In this document: positions 31,975-39,958 of the stretch, piece after piece | How the letters are laid out: the number at the start of each line of letters is the position of its first letter | Numbering within the stretch: position 1 is the first letter of the stretch | Program-made: the position numbers and the translations under genes | DNA from: an uncultured Verrucomicrobiae bacterium | Lineage (GTDB): Bacteria; Verrucomicrobiota; Verrucomicrobiia; Limisphaerales; Palsa-1400 | Length of the DNA stretch: 64,000 nucleotides | Reading direction: 5' to 3' | Assembly (NCBI GenBank): GCA_963702845.1 | Contig: OY969763.1 | Coordinates: forward strand, 2,560,001 to 2,624,000 | Notes under the pieces: model-generated | What the model was told of the DNA's origin: nothing | Database searches by the model: none | The model's input: the letters and a program-made list of their open reading frames with translations, nothing else

Positions 31975-33333
31975 CTAACGCGGCAACACGTCCGGCGCAT
32001 CAGCCACACCGTAGGCGAGCACTGCCAACGCCGCCGCGCATGCGCTCACGTCTTTCGCATTCAACTTATCCACTGTGTCCGCTTCCGTGTGGTGATACCA
32101 AAAATATCGCTCGTCGTGGACCATCAGGTCCGCGATCGGAACGCCGTCGTGGGCTAACTCCGCCACATCCGCCTCATCTGCGTCGCCTTTAAATTCCTTC
32201 ACACCGATTGACGCGAGCGGGCGGCTGATCTTTTTGATGCGCGCAAATGCCGCGTCCGTTCCCTTGAACTCAAACCCGCGCGGCGCAAACGGACCCTGGT
32301 CCGACTCAATCGCCAGCACGTGTTTGGCGAGCTCAGCCTTGTGATCCTTCACATAAGTGCGCGCGCCCCGAAGTCCATTTTCCTCGTTCACCCAGAGCAC
32401 CAAACGAATCGTGCGACGCGGTCGCATCCCAAGATTCTTCATCGCACGAACCGCCTCCCATGCCGCCAAACAACCGCCGCCATCATCCATCGCCCCCTGT
32501 CCGACGTCCCACGAATCAATGTGTCCACTGACGATAACGATCTCCTCCGGCTTCTCGCGCCCGACCCATTCCGCCACCACATTGCGCGACGGCGCATCCG
32601 GCAACATCTGCGCATTCATTTTCAATTTCACGACAACCCGTTCGCCGCGCTCCTGCATCCGCTGCATCAAGTCCGCGTCCTCCGGCGTGATCGCCGCGTG
32701 CGGAACTCGCACCGTATCATTCGAATAAAGCATGCCGCCCGTATGCGGCGTCTGCATCGAAAACGGCGTCACCGACCGAATCAAACTCGCGACACCGCCG
32801 ACCCGCGCCGCTTCAATCGCGCCACGTCGCCGAATCTGCACCGTCTCGTGATATGTTTTGAACGGTTCGTTGAAGAGAATGATTTTGCCACGCGCCTGAT
32901 CGCTGTGCTGATGCAAGTCATCAAAACTCTTCACCACCAGAACCTCCGCCGTAATCCCCTCGGCCGGGGTCGCGACACTTCCACCCAAACCCAACATCGG
33001 CAACACCCGATGCCGCGGCGCAATCAACTCCGCCGATTCCTCACCACGCACCCAATGAGGCACCATCACCAGCTCGCCATGGACATTTTGCAACCCGTCC
33101 TTCTTCATCTCTGCCAAAACCCAATCAATCGCCGCCTCGAGATTGGTCGAACCGCTAAACCGCGACCCAAACATGTCACACAAAGTGGCCAGCCGTTTGT
33201 AAGCAAAATCCGTCTTCGTCGTTTCGTCCATCAACCGGCTCGCATCCGAAGCGGACGCTGTGGACGGCATCAACATGCAAGCGAGGGCAGCAGCAACAGC
33301 GAGGCAAGAGTTAGTCATTCGCATTTGTGTCAT
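31975..33333 (-). CDS. M28 family peptidase (carboxypeptidase Q-like)
   Basis: GHIDSWDVGQGAMDDGGG, NEENG, ESDQG, YHHTEADT; signal peptide. Confidence 0.92.
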   Translation of the reverse strand: MTQMRMTNSCLAVAAALACMLMPSTASASDASRLMDETTKTDFAYKRLATLCDMFGSRFSGSTNLEAAIDWVLAEMKKDGLQNVHGELVMVPHWVRGEESAELIAPRHRVLPMLGLGGSVATPAEGITAEVLVVKSFDDLHQHSDQARGKIILFNEPFKTYHETVQIRRRGAIEAARVGGVASLIRSVTPFSMQTPHTGGMLYSNDTVRVPHAAITPEDADLMQRMQERGERVVVKLKMNAQMLPDAPSRNVVAEWVGREKPEEIVIVSGHIDSWDVGQGAMDDGGGCLAAWEAVRAMKNLGMRPRRTIRLVLWVNEENGLRGARTYVKDHKAELAKHVLAIESDQGPFAPRGFEFKGTDAAFARIKKISRPLASIGVKEFKGDADEADVAELAHDGVPIADLMVHDERYFWYHHTEADTVDKLNAKDVSACAAALAVLAYGVADAPDVLPR

Positions 33334-33352
33334 ATAAACGGATAACAATCGG

Positions 33353-33390
33353 ATTTCATATTTCAAATTTGATATTTCATATTCCAAATT
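33353..33390. repeat. Degenerate heptamer tandem repeat (ATTTCAA/ATTTCAT)
   Basis: atttcat atttcaa atttgat atttcat attccaa att. Confidence 0.55.
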
Positions 33391-33488
33391 GGCGGTGGCG
33401 GCGAGTTGGGTGAAAATATTTTTCAGAAACCGCTCAAAATCTTACCCAGACTTGGACCAACCCACGCACGACAGTCGCGACTTGGATG

Positions 33489-33665
33489 AACTCCGTTAGG
33501 AGTGCCATGTCTATAGATCGAATGTGTGTCACCATCCCAATTTGTTTTTCGGCGGCGCGGGATTTGCGGCCAAAACAATCCAACGGCTTTCCCCCGCGCC
33601 GCTGAAAAACAAAATCAAATGTGGCTGGGTGTGCCGTTCTATAGATATGTCACTCCTCCGGAGTT
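33489..33665. repeat. ~177-bp palindromic MITE/REPIN-like element, copy 1
   Basis: Terminal IRs AACTCC...GGAGTG.CATGTCTATAGA / TCTATAGATATGTCACTCC...GGAGTT, with an inner IR TTTGTTTTTCGGCGGCGCGGG / CCCGCGCCGCTGAAAAACAAA. Confidence 0.85.
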
Positions 33666-33723
33666 TCGGAACCGTCCAACTTTGCCCCTTGAACGACGCA
33701 CCTTGAGCTGCAACCCTCGTCCC

Positions 33724-34644
33724 GTGAGGCGACGGTCGAAAATTTTGCTCCTGGGCGCGTGTATTCTGATTGCGCTCATTGCCGTCTGCTTCTTCTGCCT
33801 TCGCGATAACGAGCCTTCCTACAATGGACGGACGTTGAGTGCTTGGTTGCGAGTTTATGGCGATGCTTCCGTTCAATCGGAACAAAAGGAGAATTCCAGA
33901 CAATCGGTTATCGCAATTGGTACAAATGCGATACCCGCTTTGTTGAAATGGACGACTTTTGAACAACTTCAACGCGACCGACGGTATTTCGCACTGTGGC
34001 GCAGGCTTCCCCACAGAATATTGAAAAACCATTTCATCATCTCCGTAGCCTTGAGAACCATGGAACATATCGCGATTGCACAAGATGGTTTTTCCATCCT
34101 TGGTACCAACGCTATTCCCGCGATACCGGAACTCAGTCGCCGGTTCTGCAATACCACAAATCGTGAGCAGGCCGATATTGCCGCCATTTCGTTGCAATGC
34201 ATGGGCGAACCTGGTTTTCAATTTTTTACAAATGCGATCGTGGCCGGATGGACGAAGTCTCAAACACTGATGGCCATTGGCGCAATCGGTCCGATGCGTC
34301 ACAGGCTGGGAACGAATGTGTTGTCTGCGGTTCCTTTGCTGATCGCTACTGCAAATACATCTGATGTCGAGATCGCGGACAAAGCAGCAAGCACTCTCGC
34401 CGACCTCGGAGCCTGTGCTGACCAAGTCGTTCCGGTAATTGTCCGGCGGCTTAATTCGACTAATGCTGCGGTACGTTCGCACCTGATTTATTGTCTGTTG
34501 GACTTTGGTGATGCTGCAAAAACAGCAATACCAGCCGTGCGTGTTGCTGCCATTAACGGGGATGATGACGTCCGCCATGCCGCCGAATATTTTCTTTCGC
34601 ACGTCGGGCAGGTGCGAACAAACGTTTCCTCGTCGTATGAATAG
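33724..34644 (+). CDS. Membrane-anchored HEAT-repeat protein
   Basis: N-terminal TM, EPSYNGRTLSAWL, repeated 'IGTNAIP', 'LGTNAIPAIPEL' and 'AKTAIPA'. GTG at 33724 is the first plausible start after the repeat. Confidence 0.8.
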   Translation: MRRRSKILLLGACILIALIAVCFFCLRDNEPSYNGRTLSAWLRVYGDASVQSEQKENSRQSVIAIGTNAIPALLKWTTFEQLQRDRRYFALWRRLPHRILKNHFIISVALRTMEHIAIAQDGFSILGTNAIPAIPELSRRFCNTTNREQADIAAISLQCMGEPGFQFFTNAIVAGWTKSQTLMAIGAIGPMRHRLGTNVLSAVPLLIATANTSDVEIADKAASTLADLGACADQVVPVIVRRLNSTNAAVRSHLIYCLLDFGDAAKTAIPAVRVAAINGDDDVRHAAEYFLSHVGQVRTNVSSSYE

Positions 34645-34689
34645 CTAGATTCCTTCATTCATCTTCATAAAAACTCTTTCTCTTTATTT

Positions 34690-34769
34690 GTCGGAGACGG
34701 ACGTGAGGAGTCTCTAATTTCTCAGCGCTTTGACTCAAAAAGTCAGAGCCTCCTCACGTCGGCTGCTAC
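34690..34769. repeat. REP doublet (family A)
   Basis: GACGTGAGGAG...CTCCTCACGTC inverted pair; the right arm reads GTAGCAGCCGACGTGAGGAGGC on the minus strand. Confidence 0.75.
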
Positions 34770-34790
34770 ATGGTTTTTGTTTCTGTGTTT

Positions 34791-34967
34791 CGTATCGCAG
34801 GCCTCCGAGCCGGTTCGCGGGAGCGAACAGCAAAATAATTTGTTCTAATCTCCCGTATCGCAGGTTTCCAAACCTGCGTGCCGTCGAAATTCGGACGCGC
34901 GTGGATATTTTCACGCGCAGCCGATTTAGAAATCGGCGATACGGCAGGTTTCGAAACCTGCGATACG
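34791..34967. repeat. REP-like array (family B, GTATCGCAGGTTTCNAAACCTGC)
   Basis: Hairpin units at 34854-34877, 34920-34942 and 34944-34967, plus a partial unit at 34791. The array ends 2 bp before the terL stop. Confidence 0.75.
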
Positions 34968-34968
34968 T

Positions 34969-36489
34969 TCAATACCCAATCGTAATTTCCAACGGCGCAG
35001 ATTTCCGTTTCGTCGCATGCAACGCCAGGGCCAACGCCCAGAACCGATCCGCATGCCCGTTCTGCCCACGATCAGCGCTGAACCGCACATTCCCACTCGA
35101 CGTATGCTCCTTGCGGATCGCCCGCAAATCAGTGCGCAACAACCGATCATTCGGAATCCGAATCGTCCGATCCTCAAACGCCATCCGCACCGGGTAAGCC
35201 AATTCTTCCTTCACGGCAGGAGTGAAATGGACACCTTCCACTTTGTATTTGCCGAAGCGTTGTTGGGCGCGTTCGGCAAATTGACGGCCGATGCCGGTCT
35301 GGTCGATGCAACAGCGCTTCACTTGCGGCAACGCGAGCAAGTCGTAGAGGCACTTCTCCTGCGCTTCGAACGACGCCTTCTCCATCACCTCAATTCCACG
35401 CGTGTAATAAACGCTGCCGGCCTTTTCCAAAACGTGGATGACCGTCAGATCGCGAGCACGACCGACGTCCACGCCGACAAACAATTCCGGATCGGTCAGG
35501 TTCGCCGGCATTTCCCAATCTTCACCGCTCGGGTATTCGCACGACCCGATCAGGTCATACGACAAAAACGCGCTCTGCTCATCGCACGGAATGCACATTT
35601 GTTCCTGCAAAAACGTTTCCTCATCCGGCGCCTGGTGCTTGAGATAATCGAAATACTCCGCCTCATCCATCTGCTGGCGCTGATCACTCTCCGCCAACTT
35701 CATCTGCATTCGGTACAACAACCCCTGCTCCAGCGCATCCTGCAGCGTCACCTTGTGGAAGCTGAACCCCTTCGGATTCCCTTTGTGCAGAATCTCATCA
35801 ATCAGCTCCTGGAAATAATTCTGCCCGCCGCGCGCCGTCGAAAATATCTCCATCGTTCCACCCCACGCCAACCCCGGCCCGGCAATCGCAAAAAGCTGTC
35901 GCGGATCCCGATGCAGCGCGAACTCATCCAAAATGCGATCCCCGCGCTTGCCCGCCTGAGCATTTGGCGACGAACTCATCGCATGAATCTTCCGCCCATT
36001 CCGAAACTCCAACACATGCGCCTTCCCTCCCTCCTCATCCACGATCGACGTCCCCAAATACTTCGCCGTGATATTCATCGCCGTCGCAAACGACTTGCAC
36101 TCCTGCACAAAAGCCAACGCTCCCGCCTCATCCCGCGACGCCACCCAGGCATCACAACGCGCGCTCTTCACGCTTTTGCGTCCGACCGTTTCCAACTCCG
36201 TCATCCACGTCCACCCGATCTGCCGCGCCTTAACCGCCAACTTGAACGCCGACCGATCCAACACCCAATTCCGCTGATACGGCAATAAAAGCGCCCCACC
36301 CGGCTTCACCTTCGCCTTGCCGAAAAACGGTCCCTTCAACAAATCCGGATACATTGCATCCAGCCTGACATCCGCGAACGGCTTCAACTCCACCCTATCC
36401 ACAAACCGCTCCACCGTTTCCACCGACACCAACTGCGACGCCAGCAAAGCTGCCTGCGCCGTCACCTTCTGTTTCAAACTCATCTTCAT
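34969..36489 (-). CDS. Phage terminase large subunit, Mu gp28-like
   Basis: Adenine-binding LLPYQ, Walker A KARQIGWT, Walker B RILDEFA, coupling motif FST, nuclease motifs GVDVG, CIDQTGIG and HADRFWALALA. Confidence 0.92.
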   Translation of the reverse strand: MKMSLKQKVTAQAALLASQLVSVETVERFVDRVELKPFADVRLDAMYPDLLKGPFFGKAKVKPGGALLLPYQRNWVLDRSAFKLAVKARQIGWTWMTELETVGRKSVKSARCDAWVASRDEAGALAFVQECKSFATAMNITAKYLGTSIVDEEGGKAHVLEFRNGRKIHAMSSSPNAQAGKRGDRILDEFALHRDPRQLFAIAGPGLAWGGTMEIFSTARGGQNYFQELIDEILHKGNPKGFSFHKVTLQDALEQGLLYRMQMKLAESDQRQQMDEAEYFDYLKHQAPDEETFLQEQMCIPCDEQSAFLSYDLIGSCEYPSGEDWEMPANLTDPELFVGVDVGRARDLTVIHVLEKAGSVYYTRGIEVMEKASFEAQEKCLYDLLALPQVKRCCIDQTGIGRQFAERAQQRFGKYKVEGVHFTPAVKEELAYPVRMAFEDRTIRIPNDRLLRTDLRAIRKEHTSSGNVRFSADRGQNGHADRFWALALALHATKRKSAPLEITIGY

Positions 36490-36506
36490 AATATTTTTTC
36501 CTTTCA

Positions 36507-36528
36507 GTAGCAGCCGACGTCAGGAGGC
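36507..36528 (+). repeat. GTAG-type REP (family A)
   Basis: GTAGCAGCCGACGTCAGGAGGC; 21/22 match to the reverse complement of 34748-34769. Confidence 0.75.
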
Positions 36529-36611
36529 ACCAACCCCCTCACCTCGACCGCCTTTCATTGTTTCGTTTCCATCTGCTCTTCCCTATCTGCCATTCCCGCC
36601 TTTCTTCCATT

Positions 36612-36716
36612 CGATGTTGGACGTTGGAATGCGATCCGGACGTTCCGGTTGGACGTTGGACGTTCGCCTTCCCACTCACCGACTCACCGACTCACCGACT
36701 CACCGACTCACCCACT
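36612..36716. repeat. Short tandem repeats between terS-like and terL
   Basis: GTTGGAC heptamers at about 36616-36665 and (ACTCACCG)x5 at 36674-36713. Confidence 0.85.
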
Positions 36717-36724
36717 TTCGATTC

Positions 36725-37513
36725 TCAGAGCAACCGCATCGCCTTATGAATCTCCGCCAACCCCTCCTCCGAAATCCCCTCCGCCTTCTCCACCGCGCTA
36801 ACCAGCTCCTTCTTCTGTTTCGCCACATGATCGCGATACCGTTGAAACGCCAGTTCCATGCGCTTGCGCCGTCCCCGATCCCGCGCCTGATCACTCGCCG
36901 CCCGCGCAATCCGAAAGAAAACCTCCGGTTTACTCTGGATAAGCGAAGCCAACTTCCCGCTCTGCAAATCCTGCAACGCGTGCAAAATCTGCGTCGCAAT
37001 CAGCAACTCATTAAACCGCTCAAACCCTTCCCTCTGATTTTCGTCGATTTCACCAAGCGCATTAAAAACCCGTCCCAAATCCGCCTGCAATGCCGCAACA
37101 CGTTCCTGTTCCTGCAACCAGTCTTGATGACCTCCGTGGCGCCACCTCGACAAATCCCACTTCTTCAAACCAGAAAACCCCTTCTCCGCAAGCCTCGCTA
37201 AAATCTCCGAATACGTGCGCCCATCCCTCATCTCCGCATTCACCCATTCACGCACCTCAAACGGCAAATTCGCCACCTTCCCCCAGCGTTTATGACCCTT
37301 GAGCACTCCAGCCACCCCGCCGCTCATTGAAGCCGGCCCCTCTGCATCACCACTCGACGCCACGCGACCGCGATCCACGCCGCCTGACGCAGATGACTCC
37401 ACTTGAGGAATTCTTATTCCCAATGCGTGATCTACTCCCCCGAACCGATTGGTAGCTTCGTCAGGCGCACCACCCTCACCACCCATATTTTTGTTATCGT
37501 TATTCAAATTCAT
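36725..37513 (-). CDS. Mu gp27/DUF3486-like protein (putative terminase small subunit)
   Basis: GKVANLPFEVREWVNAEMRDGRTYSEILARL...LSRWRHGGHQDWL, followed by a helical region ending GISEEGLAEIHKAMRLL; lies directly upstream of terL as in Mu-like phages. Confidence 0.7.
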   Translation of the reverse strand: MNLNNDNKNMGGEGGAPDEATNRFGGVDHALGIRIPQVESSASGGVDRGRVASSGDAEGPASMSGGVAGVLKGHKRWGKVANLPFEVREWVNAEMRDGRTYSEILARLAEKGFSGLKKWDLSRWRHGGHQDWLQEQERVAALQADLGRVFNALGEIDENQREGFERFNELLIATQILHALQDLQSGKLASLIQSKPEVFFRIARAASDQARDRGRRKRMELAFQRYRDHVAKQKKELVSAVEKAEGISEEGLAEIHKAMRLL

Positions 37514-37519
37514 GCCAAA

Positions 37520-37548
37520 GTTTTACATATAAAGCTACGACCCGTCAA
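37520..37548 (-). promoter_or_regulatory. Candidate sigma70 promoter giving a leaderless terS-like mRNA
   Basis: Minus strand TTGACG (37548-37543), 17 bp, TAAAAC (37525-37520), 6 bp, then ATG at 37513. Confidence 0.45.
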
Positions 37549-37780
37549 AAACTGTAGGGAAAGGAAGGAAGCCAGGGAAAGGAGGGAAAGAAACAGCACT
37601 TTTATATGACAAAATGTGGCTATTAAGGCACTAAGGCACAAAGATTGCTGAGGCTGTTTTTAACCACGGATCAAACACACGTATCGGAAAAACCAAAGGG
37701 GAACGGAGGACACAGAGCTGATGCAAAGAGTTACTGATAGCTTGATGAAATATCTTGATACCATGAACCAACGCGTTTTG

Positions 37781-37957
37781 AACTCCAGAGGAGTGACATG
37801 TCTATAGATGGATGTACCCCACCGCCCCAATTTGTTTTTCGGCGGCGCGGGATTTACGGCCAAAAACCATTCGAACGGCTTTCCCCCGCGCCGCCGAAAA
37901 ATAAAATTAGATATAGGTGGTCGTGCAGTTCTATAGATATGTCACTCCTATGGAGTT
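37781..37957. repeat. ~177-bp palindromic MITE/REPIN-like element, copy 2
   Basis: Same terminal and inner IRs and same orientation as 33489-33665; both begin gAACTCC and end GGAGTTtcg. Confidence 0.85.
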
Positions 37958-38511
37958 TCGAAGACCCACAGAGGTTGCTGGAAAAGATTCGCTGAAAGCT
38001 TGAGGAAATATGTCAGCTTCACGAAATTGTCGAACGCAATTTCTGGCCTCTCCTCGTGGCTGTAACCGGTCATCTCTTTGGCCAAATCAACCGGAATATT
38101 AAAGATGAAATCAGCGCCCCCCTCTTCCTCTTGCTGCTTGGTTAAGCGCTCGCGAATCGCGGCGAAGACAGCGGGGGGCTGACCCTCAACCTCCAAATGC
38201 CCATCGCCCTCTTGGGCGTCATGAGTGACTGACCAAATCTGCTTGCCGTCTTTCCAGCCGGCTGCACGGCTGACCATAACATGCTCCTCAACAAAGCATG
38301 CGACGACCTCACAACCACGCGACACTTGCCGTGCCTCGTCGTTTGTGAGTTCATGCTGGCCATGGATCACCAGATACCAACCGCTCGGCAACGAGCCTCC
38401 GCAGTATGGTGCCTTGCAATACTCCTTGCCGATATTCTTCAGTCCGAAGTCGTGCAAGACCGCCACCGACGGTTTTCCACGAACTGCAAACCAAGTTAGT
38501 GATGCACCCAT
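37948..38511 (-). CDS. Hypothetical protein, integron cassette gene 2
   Basis: ATG lies 12 bp after the attC R' box; 187-aa ORF whose 3' end runs into the palindromic repeat. Confidence 0.75.
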   Translation of the reverse strand: MGASLTWFAVRGKPSVAVLHDFGLKNIGKEYCKAPYCGGSLPSGWYLVIHGQHELTNDEARQVSRGCEVVACFVEEHVMVSRAAGWKDGKQIWSVTHDAQEGDGHLEVEGQPPAVFAAIRERLTKQQEEEGGADFIFNIPVDLAKEMTGYSHEERPEIAFDNFVKLTYFLKLSANLFQQPLWVFETP

Positions 38512-38516
38512 ACGCG

Positions 38517-39032
38517 TTACGATAGCGAACGTCCCGAATCAGCTACAGCCGCCAGGCCGAGATTTCCGAATTGCCAACGACTGTCACGGCGGCTGTTAGC
38601 TGCATGCGGCTTGTTCGGCAGAGCTGGTTTGAATTGTGTATATATGTTTCTTTGTGGAAATCTTTTCGCAAGCTCCGCTTCCAGATCATGAAATAGCTTT
38701 TCAAAATCTTTAATCGAATCTTGGTAGCAACAGCCGTTTATGGCCAGCGACTCGATGTTCGGGCCTTCCCCCAGACTGATTATGACAAACGTACGCTGCA
38801 GTGCCTGATAGGACATGCCCCGCAATTTGTGCCGGTTATCGTATATGCCTCCGTCTTTTGAAAATGAGCGCTCGGAAAAAAAGCCATCCAACATGGAAAC
38901 GGGTTCTGCATTCGTCTCCCTGATAAGGTCCATGCTTATCAAAAAGGTGGCTTTTGGCACCGTGTTCGATGGGGTCTTCGAGCAGGACGACAAAACGACA
39001 GCTAACAAAAAAAGACTGATATAGAATCTCAT
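38517..39032 (-). CDS. Putative lipoprotein, integron cassette gene 1 (reads through attC)
   Basis: Lipobox VLSSC; visibly more AT-rich than core genes; the C-terminal 'PNKPHAANSRR...AAVADSGRS' is the translated attC. Confidence 0.7.
   Translation of the reverse strand: MRFYISLFLLAVVLSSCSKTPSNTVPKATFLISMDLIRETNAEPVSMLDGFFSERSFSKDGGIYDNRHKLRGMSYQALQRTFVIISLGEGPNIESLAINGCCYQDSIKDFEKLFHDLEAELAKRFPQRNIYTQFKPALPNKPHAANSRRDSRWQFGNLGLAAVADSGRSLS
38524..38619 (-). mobile_element. Integron attC recombination site
   Basis: R'' GCCGAAC, 5 bp, L'' GCATGCAG, stem CTAACAGCCGCC/GGCGGCTGTAG, L' CTGATTC, 5 bp, R' GTTCGCT; two extrahelical bases at the expected positions; 96 bp. Confidence 0.85.
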
Positions 39033-39169
39033 GTAGCGAGGTAGGCCGAATAATTAATATGCGACAACTGTTCGCATAGTTTTAATTGGCGAACAAGGGT
39101 TTTATAGGTGGCGCGTCGGTTTGGAATTGCAAACCGGATGGCGTAACCTGCTTGTCCTGAGTCCTGTAA

Positions 39170-39496
39170 TTATTTCTCGCGAAACTCAGTCGCCTCCCCC
39201 AATGCCTCTACGGCGACCGCAGCGATGAGAGCGGTCAGCAACAGGCCGCACAGCCCTATGGTTACCGCCAGCAGGCGCGTGAGAAAAAACTTTGGCGCGA
39301 TATCGCCGTAGCCAATGGTCAGGCCGGTCACGAATGCGAAATAGATCGACTCATGGATGGACCAGCCTTCGCGCAGACCGACCACCAAGCCGAGCCCGAC
39401 AATGAGCATGAGGATGGCTGACAGGATCGGCCACACCACGCCCAAGCCACTGAATAGCCCCTTGAGGAATTTTCGTCTCAACGTGCGTCGATCCAT
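39170..39496 (-). CDS. Minimal two-TM potassium channel family protein
   Basis: SIYFAFVTGLTIGYGDIAP pore/selectivity filter between two TM helices. Confidence 0.88.
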   Translation of the reverse strand: MDRRTLRRKFLKGLFSGLGVVWPILSAILMLIVGLGLVVGLREGWSIHESIYFAFVTGLTIGYGDIAPKFFLTRLLAVTIGLCGLLLTALIAAVAVEALGEATEFREK

Positions 39497-39958
39497 ACTG
39501 TCTCCCAATCTACCACCTGAAACCCATTCTCGACGGCCTGTCCAATCAATAATACGCTGGAATTTCCATAGGGGGAAATCAAGGCGCTGCTTTGGGTTGA
39601 CTACACAACATTGACACGCCGTTGCTTCACGTTATAATCCCTTCGGCCGCCGGTCCTTACCGGCATTCGGTGAAGTGCAACCCGGATATGATCTTTGACA
39701 AAAGTTGCAGGATTTCCTGCTCCAAAACCGCTCCACTTTGCAACTAATTGCAGGAAGGAAGCGGAAGTTGCAGGAAGTTGCAACATTCCGATGATATTTT
39801 TTGTGCGGGGCGGATTGGACGAATCCCATTGTGATAGATTAAGGGGAGCGACCGTCCCTAGCTGGAGTTTATGGGCCGCTTCGAAACAGGGCTTTTGTTT
39901 TCGAGTCAACTACGACAATCTCGCTACTTATCCGCTCATCACCTCGGCGGCTACAATT

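Noticed and set aside
33526..33723. N-terminal extension of the HEAT protein in the ORF track
   Set aside because: It is a translation of the palindromic repeat; the signal-anchor begins at GTG 33724.
33529..34602. 357-aa antisense ORF
   Set aside because: It shadows the HEAT gene and has no recognisable motifs.
34690..34967. CRISPR array
   Set aside because: The units are inverted, irregularly spaced hairpins of two families with no constant repeat-spacer period, and there are no cas genes.
35017..37201. Long plus-strand ORFs (423 aa and 294 aa) opposite the terminase genes
   Set aside because: These are antisense shadows rich in Arg/Pro/Leu with no domain signal.
33400..39950. Complete prophage
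   Set aside because: Only the terminase pair is phage-like; no portal, capsid, tail, lysis, integrase or transposase gene is recognisable.
39695..39958. 88-aa N-terminal extension of BtpA and overlapping small ORFs
   Set aside because: Family similarity starts at ATG 39959; the upstream region looks non-coding and shows no integrase or transposase motifs.
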